Positions 1 through 13,000 of a stretch of 64,000 bases of DNA are shown here, piece after piece. This DNA comes from Catajapyx aquilonaris (Eukaryota). The stretch is from positions 1 to 64,000 of the forward strand of contig JYFJ02001466.1 of assembly GCA_000934665.2 (NCBI GenBank). Reading direction: 5' to 3'. The notes under the pieces are model-generated. The model had not been told where the DNA came from, searched no databases, and saw only the letters and a program-made list of their open reading frames with translations. The position numbers and the translations under genes were made by a program. Within the stretch, counting starts at the first letter, position 1; every line of letters begins with the position of its first letter.

Positions 1-264
1 ATAATCAGTGCCAATGGCAACAGACACAACAACATGTATGATGACGCAATGGGGGCCTCAAGGCGGATGTGACGTCATGAAACTGCCGAAATCTTGAGGG
101 CGTCGTACGCAAAAACTATGCAAGTTAGCCCAAAACTACTTTCACATCCCTATATTAGTTTTGCGAGTCCTATCAGGCTACCTGGCGACTTTCCGCGAGT
201 TTTTGAGCACCCTGTATATAGTCATATGCCCACTGTGTTCTATCTAATATAAGCCAGCACTTAC

Positions 265-1123
265 CAAGGGCGTAACTGCAAACATACGTGCCATACCCCA
301 AGAGACCCAGGACAAACCTCGTGGAACCCATCATAAAAGGGTCAACTGAAAAGATACCGACTATTCCTGCTATTGTCGTCAAAACCGCTGTCACAAGTGC
401 GCATCTGCGCCTACCAAATCTGAAACACTGGGTCGTATTTAGGGTTACATTTTTTTCTCCAAGGCTGCAAGCAAAATAATGCAATGCGGGCTTACCTGTC
501 CGACAGTGACCCTATGAACATCGAGCCGACAAGGTTGCCAAATACACTTACGCTGTGAAGAGTAGCCAAAATATGCAATCTACTACAAACTAGGTCCCAC
601 TGAAACAGAAATTGTTGTATATACATTGAGAACATTGTGTGAGTCCGCCCCTTGGTCCGCCCTCATGTAATGCATACCTCTTCGGTAAGGGTGGAAAAAA
701 GGGTGGTGTGGTCGTAGTCCCAATGTTGGCAGTCTATCAATGGATCGTCTGTAGGACGTTCAACTGCACTGGGGTCCATCATTGCGAGAGCGGTATAGTT
801 TCTTTCGTACATCCTGCACTGGTCGTATATCTCAACACCCAACTCCATCCGACTGTATTCAAATCAACGATCATTATCTTAACGAGCTCATTTCATAATC
901 GTTACCTCGGTATGGCCGCTCTTTTGATCTCCTCCGCGGTCCATCCGGCCTCCTTCAATTCCTCCACTTGACACCAATGGTCAGGTATTCCTCCAATGTA
1001 CACCAGCAAAAACCCATTCAGTGATCCAAAGAATCCAGGCATCGAAGCCAGAAGCACCATGCACCAATGCCATCTTCCAAACTCACCAGCTATCCTCAAA
1101 GTCTCTTCTATTTTCGTACCCAT
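265..1123 (-). CDS. SLC22-family organic cation/carnitine transporter (Orct-like), first four coding exons; 3' end runs off the left edge
   Basis: Exons 1123-906, 852-678, 599-496 and 419-265 have GT-AG boundaries and consistent phases. They encode MGTKIEETLRIAGEFGRWHW...PDHWC..., ...WDYDHTTLFSTLTEE|WDLVC..., ...GSLSDR|FGRR..., the SLC22 N-terminal motif, the loop-1 'T..E(W/F)DLVC' motif and the MFS 'SDRFGRR' signature. Confidence 0.93.
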
Positions 1124-2577
1124 CTTATGAATGCATAACTCTACTCCAATAGCACATCCTCTGTACTCCTAAGTGACTTGTACATCGTAATCATATCGTG
1201 AAACTGTCACGTGTCACTTATTGTGTCAGTCGCCGATAAATTGAAACAGACAAGCAGACAAGGACAGTATCAATTACAGCACCTTACAAGAAAAGTTACG
1301 CTGCACGCTTATGACCATTTTATGATCAGACAGGATAATTATGTATACCTGGAATATATTCTTGGAAAGTGGAAAGCTGGATCGGGCCTGAAATGACTTG
1401 TTCAAGATTTTTGGGGGATTTATTATTGTCTGATAAATGAAATACAAATATGATATTTTCACAAAAATTTTACGACCTTTCTGGCTAGCAAGGGTGGGTC
1501 ATCGTCACATGTGTCACTTATCCCAAATATGTGGCACGAGAAAACAATATCCAAAGGAAGTCGCTTTACATAAGAATGCGGAAACCACTTAAAACCCAGC
1601 ACTCATGAATGTTTTTAAACTTTGCCGTAGCATTCATCCGTAGCTAATATAAGCACACGCCTTAATGAGGAGAATCTCCCCCATAATTGCCCAGCAATGG
1701 AGCAGGAGTTATTCACCTCTCTGTACCTTTTCGTCAGTAGTCACGTTCAGTGTCAGACACAATGTCAGCATACACTATGGGGCTTTCGTTTCTCACGGGT
1801 ACATTCGCTGTAGGCATTTTATCTAATGGCGACTTTCTGGAGCGGATCACCGACTCGCTTTTTTTTTTTACGCATCTGAAAGAAGGGAAAGTGGAAATAG
1901 AGCTCAAGAACGTGAGTAGTGGGCGTATGACCCTTAATGCCAACTGGGTCAATGGGAACAGAATCGCTGATTCAGGGGCAGACAATCAGTGAGATGAAAA
2001 TTGTAAACAATGCAAATATGGAAGCTACCCCCTATGCCCTGACACGCTTAGGAAAAAAAATCTACTGTCACTTTTTCAGCACCAGTTCACATACGCACAT
2101 TTCGACATGCTACATAACCATTAGCCCCCTTTTTTTCCATTCCCCTTTAAGCCCCTTGTTATCTAAATGTAGATATGCCTGAATTATTTGTTTCAAATAT
2201 TTTTATGAACAAAACTGTAATATAGCCTATATGTTAGCTAATATAATCATATTTCTACAGACATGCTATATAACCATTAGTCGTTTTTTTATCTCCCTCC
2301 CCCCTTTTTTAAACCACCCCCCACCCCCCTTAACATATCCTGAGGGCATCCGGCGGCCTCGTCCCCGAACAGCTGCCGCCCCCAACACAACCCCCAATCC
2401 CCCCCAACCAACCAACCAAACCAACCAACAAACCCAACCCCTTCTGCAGGCGCACCTGGCCGAGGTGATGCTGCTGCCACGCCGACAACTCGCATCAAAA
2501 ACGGCCACGGTCATGGTCCTCGGTCTCACTTTTGGCTTCGTCGTCATGTGGATGTCGACACTGATTGTCGTCTGAGG

Positions 2578-3970
2578 ATGGCCCGATTTCAAAAGGTTAG
2601 TCGATTAGAATCATGGACCTGGTTTTCATATTGGTAGAATCTTGGGTGTATAAGGCCAATAAGCTGAAAAAGTGTGCACATACACGGTGTTAGTTAAAGA
2701 TATTCAAGAAGGTGGTCAGCCAAACCGGACTGTGCCGCATTCCAAGGAGCAGCTTTGTACCGGGTGGGTCATTACTCATTGGCTGTTTGGAAGGGGCCAT
2801 CCCCACAATTTTTGGGATATAGCTTGGAGAGAAGTTGGCGGAAATTACGGCCAGGTTGCATGCTAGTCATGTGGGAAATTGAGAGTTTTCCCAGGGTTGC
2901 CTGCACGAAGGGTCCCATATGTGACCCCTCCCCTTTTCACTGGATTTGAATAAAAAAATGTACATACGCACTGATTGGTTTATTAGTTTTTGCTACTCAT
3001 TGTAAATATCAGATGTATGTCAATGTTGAAAATATAATTAATTTCAGAATGGTCGCATTATGTTGGAAGAACTATATGACGTATATCACCCTTAATAGGA
3101 ATAGTACGTGAATATATAAATAGTTTTGCCAGGGGGTTCTATTGGTGACGTTTGCAGGAAACGCACATGTCAAACTGACCTTAGTTCACGCTCGGTTGGG
3201 AGATATTCCAATAGCGTTCTGTCATCTGTTGTGTTGCGAATGAATAGATATGTCACTCAAAATGGTAACAGCTACATCCCAGTTTTCACCTCTCTATATA
3301 ATAGAAATAGAGCAGTTTTTCTGCGATAGTCCACCGGATAGGCAATAGTCGCACCCTACTTTCATATCGCTCCAGTTTTGAAATGACATTGTCTTTTCGC
3401 TTCCCTGCCGAACTATTGAGAAATGAAATTTTCTATTACGTACTGTGTTTATAGGCTATAAAACTGTTATCTACTCCATCGATTAGGAAGGAAAATTGGG
3501 TGTCTCACGTGTTCAATGACCGTGGGATGGATGCCTTCTAGGGCAGCAACTACTGTGCTGTCATCATACGCATTCCAGACTAGACCACATTTACACGTGG
3601 GAGTCGATCATTTATGTCATTATCGAAGGAAAACTGGATTACCTCCAGGGTGTGGGTGTGAAAAAAATTGGTAACATTTCAAGTTTTTTTCTTTCTTCTT
3701 CATGCGATATGGTGGCTTGATAACCTGAAAAGCAGTGGTCATTACTACTATAAAGGCCCCCACCATTCTTTTCAAAAGCAAGGTCTCGATAGCGAAAAGC
3801 TCCGTTAGTTGCATTTTACGGCCATTACCAACACATCATATTCTTAAACAGTTAATATATTAATAACAATAGCTCGTCACACAAGAGTTAATCCGTACTT
3901 CCCCTCAATTTAACCTCACTCATGCAAGTCTAGGAGTGGTACAGTGCTGAACATTAATGGTGCCATGTTC

Positions 3971-4037
<67 letters not shown>

Positions 4038-7000
4038 GGGTCCGGTACCACCACCACCACCGACACTAGAGGATCCTCTGGTATGCGATGATGTCCAGTT
4101 TGACTCCCTGCTGTCTCGACTGGACACTCGAGGATTGGTCAGTCTGATTAGGACCATCCAGTCTCGGATGGTATCGGAGCAGACGGCCTTCGAGGCTCTG
4201 GGAGGTCAGCTGCAGGAGGTCACAAACGACCTGCAGCGACAGGAGCTGTCGGTGCAACTTTGCGCCAGACAAGCTCATCTGGCGCAACTTTGCGCCCGCA
4301 ACCTCCGCTGCTTTCTTCAACACCAGGTGGGTCGCAATGGCCATGTACGGCCGAGTTTAAGTTCTTTGGTCCTTTTGGCACCCACTCGTCCACGACACAC
4401 CTATCTGGCCATAACTTCCTCCTACGAATATCTGCAGGTACTCTTCCCTGTTTTAACCCTCCACCGGCCAACCTTGCTGAAGAGGTTGCGCTTCACACTT
4501 CACTGTGTCGTACTGTTGGTTAATGAGGCGGTTTGAAACATTTTGAATACATCTGTCAGCCTCCATCTCTGGTCTGTTGTTACCGCGACACTTTCTATTG
4601 GCCCAGTTCTGCGCGTGCGCAATGGTGCAGAGACAGCGCCTCTGGTGGGTGAGAAGACTTTACTATGGGAGACAACTTTTTTGACATGTATAGTAATCCC
4701 TAAAGTGAAAGTCTTGTCGTAGACAGTCGGTATGCAAATCCTCCTTCAGAGTCACTAGGCGGTTCATTGAGGTAGGTGTACAAAAAACTCCCTGGGGCAG
4801 GACAGGTAGCTCTCTTGGGGACACCCCCAGAATAGCAAGGCCACAACCCCCATCAGCAGGTAGGCGGATTTTCAAAGGGTGCTATGGCCTGGATGGAAAA
4901 ATACACTGACCTTGGTGGGCAGTGGCACGGGGGCGTCGTGCAGCAGTGGAGGCGTCGCGTGGGGGCCTCCTTTGGATTAACCACTGGTGGTACAGGGGGT
5001 GCTCCACCTTACAGACCGTCACCCTCCACCTCCTCCGCATCCATCTTCTCCTAGACCACTCGTCCGTGCAATCTCTCCTCCAGAGCTAGTAGCACAAAAC
5101 TTCCTCTGCCATAGTACACTGGTGCTCTTCGGAAGGTACGCACCATGGCTTCACTCCGATCCGCTTATCTTCTCATGGCGTTAGAGGTGAGCTTTTTTTT
5201 AATTTTCTCATGGAAACATCCGGTTCGTGTAACGCACCGTTATGATCAAAACAGTTCGGGAGTCATTGCGTCCACAGATGGTCGTCGGGTTTGTTATTGG
5301 GCTTGAAAGGTAGTGGTGTGTGAAGTATGTGGCATTCTTCCTTGTGTAGTCAGGCGTCCAAGTCACTCTGCCATTAGTGATGCTGCTAGATGGACAGGAT
5401 GGTATGGCAGAAGGAACGCAAATGTGAGTTTATGGTGTCAAAATTAGTCGCTAATAGCAGAACCGGTTGTAGCAGTGGAAATTAGGGACGATTTTTGATT
5501 ATGTCTAGGTCATATCGTGTAGGCGTGGGTAGGTAACGTAAACTATATACTTTTCCTGATAATTTGGTGCATAATGAAAATAACCGAAACATAAGGAAAT
5601 CCTTATCAAGGTTGGGCGATGAGATAACTGAACAGAAACGAATCTGCTCGTGCATAGCGGCTTGGCACAAAGTGTACGGTATTTCTTTTTTATACCAACC
5701 TATTAGTAAGGTTTACGGGTAGATATTAGTTTATGAACTAAATTGTCCGGCTCCTTCACCTCTTGTCGTATAGCGGTTATTTTTTTTTGATGGATCGACA
5801 TGCTTTGAACACACTGCCGTGAAGTCGCACGATGCATAAAATTAGGTCTTAAATATTCAACACCTCTTATTGTCTCAAAGACATTGTGATGTACAGTCTT
5901 TGCAAAATATTTGGAGCATACATAAGTACGACTAAACAGTCAGGAGGATGTCGCAGAAGATTTTTTTTGTGTGTGGAGTGTTTGATCTCCGAAACATTAG
6001 GCATGTAACTAGGACTTGTTGTTCTTTTTTGGAAAAGCGTGAGTGCCCAAGGACGCATACATGACATGGGATGGACTGGTAAAACTGGAACAGTGGTATA
6101 TGTGAAATCAAAGAAAGCGTGGTACCCTGAACCTGTGGTGCTAGCAGGGGCATCCCGAATAGAAAGGAATACCACAACCGGTACATAAGCGTCCAGTACT
6201 TTCTCAATACATCGACGATAGCCTCCAGGTTTTAACTGCCTCCAATTTTTTGAACTTCACGTGTACGGTCCAATCTGATACGTCGGACTGCTGAGAAATG
6301 GGACACCAAATTACATCCGGAAAAAGGCCGGACCTGCCCAGCACATGACTTTCAAATTCTCGACTGGTGTTGAGCCTCACCCTGTACGTAGCACCTGAGG
6401 AAGACACAGGTTTCCACTCAAGATATACCCATAAAGAAGCCCAAGTTATTACCGTGTTGACGAAGTCGTGACATTTCCACTAGGAAGGTAAATTGCTATT
6501 TATAACCCGTGTAATTATTACTACATAGACGTAACAATTTAGTGTGACGTATAACCGTCCTTAGATAGTGACATCACAAAAGGGCGGAATATAAAGTAGC
6601 CATAAATTGTTCAATAAAGCAAACATCACGCCCACTTTAGGGTTCGAACATTAATTACTTTTGTTCATTGTAAACATCACGAAATGTATTTTGGGTCCCA
6701 CGGACTGTCAGTGACTCTGATGTCCTATTAGTGGAAAATGTACAGGGTGAGTCATAACGCCGTCAGTCGAATCAGGCGACGACGTCCGATTACCAAACAG
6801 GGCGTTGTCGCAAGTATATGCGACCGTCCTTGACGTTTTGCATGGGATCAGCAGGAGACTCGTGTAGAGAAAGGGGGTTGGGTGGGTGTCATGGCGTAAG
6901 GCTTGTGCCGTTAACTGACCCACCACGAGACACATTTCCGCCTTCTAAAAACCGACAGATAACAGCCAGGCAAGCACTTGACACGAAGGTGGCCACCTAC

Positions 7001-10000
7001 TTTGTCGCACACATTCTCCTTCTTCTTCTTGCAATTCGGGGGCATTTGGACCAGAGCTTCGAGGACGTGGGATCCCTGTGGTTCTTTTCCTTCCGCGGAC
7101 GCACTTTGGCGGAACTAACCTGGAAGGGGCCTCGGTGGCCAGAACGGTGTCCATACCGTGACGCAGGGTTTTTCTTATTGCAGAAGCAGCAGCAACAGCA
7201 ACAACACAAGCCTCCTTTAGCACCGACAACAACAGCAGCAGCGGCACCACGCCCACGTCCGGCAGGTCAGGAACCTCATTTGGCCGTCGAATCTGGTGGA
7301 CGAAACAACGTGAGTACATTTTGAGAAAGTTGTGGTGCATCTCTAGAATGAACCGGAAGTGTGGGCGGAACAATCACGAAATGGTAAGTCGCTCTGTAAA
7401 ATGAATATTTGTTATCGCCTACAAGTTGCCATTCTTTTCGTGACTGGTTACGCCCACACTTCCGGTGCAATCTTGCACTAGATGCGGTTTGTAAGGCTAG
7501 TGCCAAAATCACTACAAGTACTGCAGTGGGTTGCATCGCAATCAAGGTAGATAATCAAATCAGGATTTAACGCATTATTATTATTCATTGTTTATAAATA
7601 ATAGCCAGCAATGAATGAAGTCCGTTAAATCTTGGTCAGATCATCTTGATTGTTGTGGCCTAAGTAGGTCTACCACTGAACTACTCTACTGCTATAGGCA
7701 CCTCTGGGGTACAATAGTTGTCACCATTGCTGCTTTTCGTGATGTAAGTTATGTGAAAACTGTTAATAAACTGTACCGTTGCAGGAAGGTTTCTACTCGC
7801 TACCACGTCGACGTCCATTGTTCAGGCCGCCCAGCTGGGACTCGCTGAACAATAGAGACGACAGCGATCTGCCGGTACGATCATCGGTGGACCACGAGGT
7901 GCAGGAACGCTCTAGACGTCTGCTGAGGTCGTGGAGCGCACTGGACGTGCAGGTCGTGCCCGATGACGAGGATGACTGCTGGGGACTCGGAAGAGGACAA
8001 CTGGCACGTGCACCGTCGGTTGAGGAAATCCTAGCGTCGGTCAAGGCTCTACGGCAACGTCGACCCCAACAGGAGATGGGTATCCTGGGCAAGGAGGAAC
8101 CGTGCTACGCCAACGTCGGGATAGTGCGCGGTGCGGCCGACGGTGCTGAAGAGCGACACTATGAGAACGTGATCAGGAAGGACACGGTCGTGCATAAGGA
8201 AACTGTGTACGAGAACGTGCGAGTGCCCGTCACTTATGACGTACCAAAAAGCGCGGTACATGTGTACGACACGCCCAAAAGCAGCAAAACCAGCAGCCTA
8301 ATCCCTACAGCCGCCCGACTTGTGATGCGCAGTGTCATCAAGACCAACAGACACGAAGATGAGGAATGTGAAGCCGATTCCCTTGAAGGTGCGGCCTCGA
8401 TGGTGCCGGACATACCTTCTCCAGGTAAAGCCACAATCTTTCCCCTAATACGCTTGGATGTTTGGCCGACCTAATACTACCGCTATCTATCGCAAGGTGG
8501 CAGGAGTGTACAGAGAGAGTGTGCGCCATCTATGCGTGAAGAATAGTGGTAAATCCGGGCAAATTGATTATCAATCATAATTTTGGCAACATGTTCGCTA
8601 GGAATGCAATAATACCACAGCAAAAATGTATGAATACAGGCGAATATTTTGACCGGAATTAAGCGGGGGTGGTTGGGGCCATAGGGCGTGGGCCTCTGTT
8701 ACCACGACGATGGGGAGGAATTTTTCCCCATTCTACTTCGAGGTAATAAATGCTGCGGCCATGCAGCTAGCTGGGAGCAAGGTCATCCTGTGCTGGCTGG
8801 TGCCCTGCGGCCATTCTTCGGAGGGGGAGGTTGGGTGATTACCTGGGCTGGGCCTACTTTTGTTCCTCTGCTTCTTCCAGACTACGGCAGTGAAGAGGAA
8901 GAGGACCTACTGGAAGAAGAAGAAGAAGAGGCATCAGACGAAGGTCTGGGCGAATCGGACGAACGAAGCTTCTACACTGAGGATCCAGGTTAGTAACACA
9001 CCTAATTGACATTAGTGTGGTTAGCATCATATTGAACAAAAGTGGTAAAAGGCAATGACATTGCCCGGATGGACGTTCAGTGCGGCATGAAGAGGATGAG
9101 TTTGAAAGCGGATATAGTGATGGCGAAATGTATGGACCATTCATGCACGGAGTGTACCTGAGGGACAAGTGCGCAGGTGATGTGAAATGATTGCCAGCTT
9201 ATGACGAGGTGCTTGAGACACCTGACAAAAAACAAAAGGTGACAGGAATTGCAATGTCACTGTCCTCGTTTCCTGGCCTACATGACGTAAATGTTGAAAA
9301 CGTTAAGACCGAAAAATGGACGGAATTCAGAAATGTGACGTCATTTAGGTCCATTCATACTGATACTTTTTTGCAAGAAAGCTGCTTGCCAATAAAATTA
9401 TGAATCATAAAATAATTAATACCGTAACAAGGTTGCGTGATCGTTGGTCAATCCAGAACAAGTAATTAATCCATAATTAGGGTTGTGGATAATATTACCG
9501 ATCAATTTACCAGCAAATAGTATACCATATTACGCAACGATGTTGATGCCTCACTTAGTGCCAATTCAAGCCTCACGTCATACCAGGAAACGCACACAAA
9601 AAACGGAAATGGCAACAAGTGTCATACCCCGCGAGATAAACTCATCAACGCACTTCAGTGGATCTTATCTGACTTTTTAGAAACCTCCTCACCGACACTA
9701 CAACCACACCCTAAATCCCTCCATATGTGGCATCATGTCTTTATTTGCACTTGAAAGCCTAATCGAAATATTATATTTTGAAAATATGATTATGTCTACG
9801 CTTTTATAGGATCTCGCTAATTTATAACTCCAACTTTTTCACTATAAATTGTTAGGGTATGTTTTTACGGAAGGACTTTTATGTGGGGAGACCGAATGTG
9901 GCAGCGGTAGGGGCACGCTGCCAAGGCTGTACTTTCCTTCCCGGCAGATACATGCATATTTTTCAGCGGATACATGCCTACGAAAGTGAATACGTAAACT

Positions 10001-13000
10001 AATATCGTAGCAGTTTTTCCTGTAGCCTATACATTTCATAGTACAGAGTTGATTTTGGTGACGTTTTCATGGCACCCATAAGCGGTCACTTTTATAGCAA
10101 TTACAATATTGTACTTTTATAGCTTGTTTTGCGTTAATGCGCCTTTTGGACTTGTAGAGAGTCTGCGATGTTTACACTCATAGCACGTGACCATTTCCGT
10201 CATGCTTTCCCTCTCCCAACACAATATTGAGAAAATTGCCTCCAAATTGCATAACCGTTAGCCTACACAACCCCCTCAATATCCGTCGTATCTGCATTAA
10301 ATCGCGACGTTTAACCCTTTCATCTGGTCTGGACCCAGTGACCTCCCATCCAAATGACTTTCCACGGCCACAATTACACCCAAAGCGGAAGAGTCATATC
10401 CACCCTTGGCAAGACATCGATAAACCGAAGCCAGTACCGCACACTGTACGCGACCGTATCCTAGAAACGTAATCGGCTGAGATGTTGATCTATGTTGATT
10501 GCTTGCTGGAGTCGAGCCCAAATTGGGGCAGTGCAGCGAAAGGGAAAGAGGTTTACGTCCAGCGACCAGCAGCCACCACGGAAGACCGGTTTGGATGTGG
10601 TGAGAGGCACCCGCATGTGTGTTGCCTTCTCTCACGTAGTGTACATCAGACACGAAGAATGGCTGGAGGTGTGCATCAAGGCAGGAAGTGACGCCCAGTA
10701 GAGCGAGGCACTCGTTCGCTGCCCTCAGTCGTCGTGTCTTCAGCCTCGGGCCAAGATGCTGGGATTCCTGGACTGGATACTGCTGGTCCTGGTGCTGTCT
10801 GTGGTCTTCTTGGGAGTGTCCAGGATATGGCAGGGTAACGTCTGTAGGGTGACGAGAGGAGGCGGTCAGGTCCTAATATGTGTGCGAGGAGCGTTCCCGG
10901 AATGTGAGATCATCGGGTGTATATAGGTGGCCCTGAGGTCATCGACGGGTAGTCGACAGCTGGATTGTGTCGGAGCAAGTAACATATCGGTGGGTAATGT
11001 CCCCAGGTCTGGAGGTCATACTGGAGGAACCGGAAGAGGAGGAGGGAGGAAGCACCACCAAGGACTCATTGGCTGTTGCGACGACTCCGATCATCGCCGT
11101 CAATGGAGCATCCACCTCGACGTCCCCTACTGCATCGGAAGGCGTCTGGTCCGCCGACGGCGCCGACGTCGATGACGTTTCCGGCAGACGAGCTTCCGGT
11201 AAGGATGAATTCACACTGGGGTCGTTGGGCCGATGTTGGGAACACGCTGAAAATTCGTGCATAAAAATATTCACTAGGTGCATGAAATTATTCACTAGGT
11301 GCATAAAATATTTCAAGGTGCATAACATTAGGATGGCAAATAATAAATTATTCACTTTCCTACATTGTTATAACACATACGAATTGATTGCAAAATAATT
11401 TTCTCACTATTTTTATTTGTTTTTCCGACAATTTATGCAGCTATAGTTTTTATGCCCTTTTCCCGGTATGAACGAACTTTAAGGTGACACTTAAAACCCA
11501 TAGGCAATATTCACCGCCCTGTTAACACCTCGGGTGCAGTACGTGTTGTTGCAAATGCATGAAGCAACCCTGCTGGCTTCCCCCTAGCCAATAGTTGCCT
11601 CCGGCCTACAGTTATCGCGTATCGCCGATATACCCAACAGGTGTTAGGTATTGTTTGACTTGATAAAAAGGCACGCAGTGGCAGTTATAATCCGACCAGA
11701 GATGTTGCATGCTACTCTGGCAGTTGGAAACACATTTCTGGCGCTGACCAAGCCAACAGGTTAGTCTCTTCTTATCTCTATAGGTATACTCTGGTAGACA
11801 CTTGGGAAGTAGGTCGTGATTTCGACAGGTTGCACAGGCCGTTTCGTAACCGGGCTGTACTTGATATACGGTATGACCAAGCCTGTACGGAGTCACCGTA
11901 TGCAAATTATTGCGTGTCTGCCCATATCTGATCAGCAGGTCGTGATATGCTGCCAGTTTATAGCAAGCCAAGTGCTATGAAATATTTTTACAGGATGATG
12001 ATCTCAAGGAATTCTTGCTCGAAAAGGTCCTTCAGGTTCATCCGTATCGGAAACCCGTTAAAAAGAAGGGGGGCACAAAAAACCACCGTTTTATAGGGTC
12101 GTATATGATGATACGCTGCTTTTCACCTGGCGCGACTATTACCCTGAAAAGTTCGCTCATTAAGGATCAGAGAGCCTTCTCTTAACTTCCGCCTTGGTAT
12201 GACTTTCACTTGCGGAAAAAGACAAGGACCGGAAATGCAAGGAGACTTGCACACCGGATACGTGACCGCTCTCGAAGTATCAGTACAAAGGGTAGTTACA
12301 GCCATTAAAAATTCTCATTAAGCTGTTTGTAATTAAGCAGCTACTTGTATCACCTGCTAGACTTATGTAGTGCAGAGCGATTAGCAGAGCACGTTGGCGA
12401 TGAGTCATTGAAGTGGGTCGGGACAAACTTGTGGACAGACAGAATTAGGGGTTTAGCCGGTATATATAGATAGCCATGGAAGTGACGAATTGCCTGTTTA
12501 TTTCATGTAGACTAAACCATGGTATAGATTTGGGTAACCTGTAAAAAGACGTGCTTTATTTTTAAGCACTTAATTAACTGCTTTAAAATAAGCAGCTTAC
12601 AATTATTTTTAATTGGAGCACGTTTCTGGCCTGGAAAGTACCACCCACATATCCACATAATTGGCTTGTGTCAGCTGGGGACAATGATGACCTAAAAATA
12701 TACGTATTGGGTTCAATTGACGGGACTTCCTCCGCATGCAGATGCAGGGCAGCAGACGGACCGATGCGTCGAAGTGTACCAGGAGACGCTCAGACAACGA
12801 GGGATGAAGAACAGCAGCAGCAGCAGCAGCAACAACAGCGACGTCAAGGCAAGTAGTTGGCGCAAATCAAGGTCGAATCGATGAGTCATGTCGTGTGTTT
12901 GTCGTTAGGCGGTGCGGGCGTCGTCGACGTCGGAGCAGCTGCCGTCGGTCAGGGCACTTCGCTCCAGATTCGAGCATCGTCACGACGGCACCGACGCCGC

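Noticed and set aside
2450..2575. Resemblance of AHLAEVMLL...LGLTFGFVVMWMSTL to a ZIP transporter C-terminus
   Set aside because: No upstream ZIP exons or HExxH motifs in the available space; treated instead under the dual-frame finding.
4633..4648. CTCF-like motif (CCACCAGAGGCGCTG on the minus strand)
   Set aside because: One base short of the consensus spacing; a single short match is not supportable.
5014..5135. Pro-rich candidate exon (DRHPPPPPHPSSPRP...)
   Set aside because: Phase 1-2 does not fit the phase-0 neighbours in the gene model.
5867..6407. Overlapping minus-strand ORFs (67-102 aa) that might be a decayed TE or viral gene
   Set aside because: No recognisable motif, no coherent splice structure, and stops or frameshifts between the pieces.
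6818..7183. ORF extending exon 7184 upstream in frame, with a hydrophobic patch (VAHILLLLLAI), as another alternative first exon
   Set aside because: A strong acceptor at 7183 explains the exon, and I see no promoter evidence. Not excluded, but unsupported.
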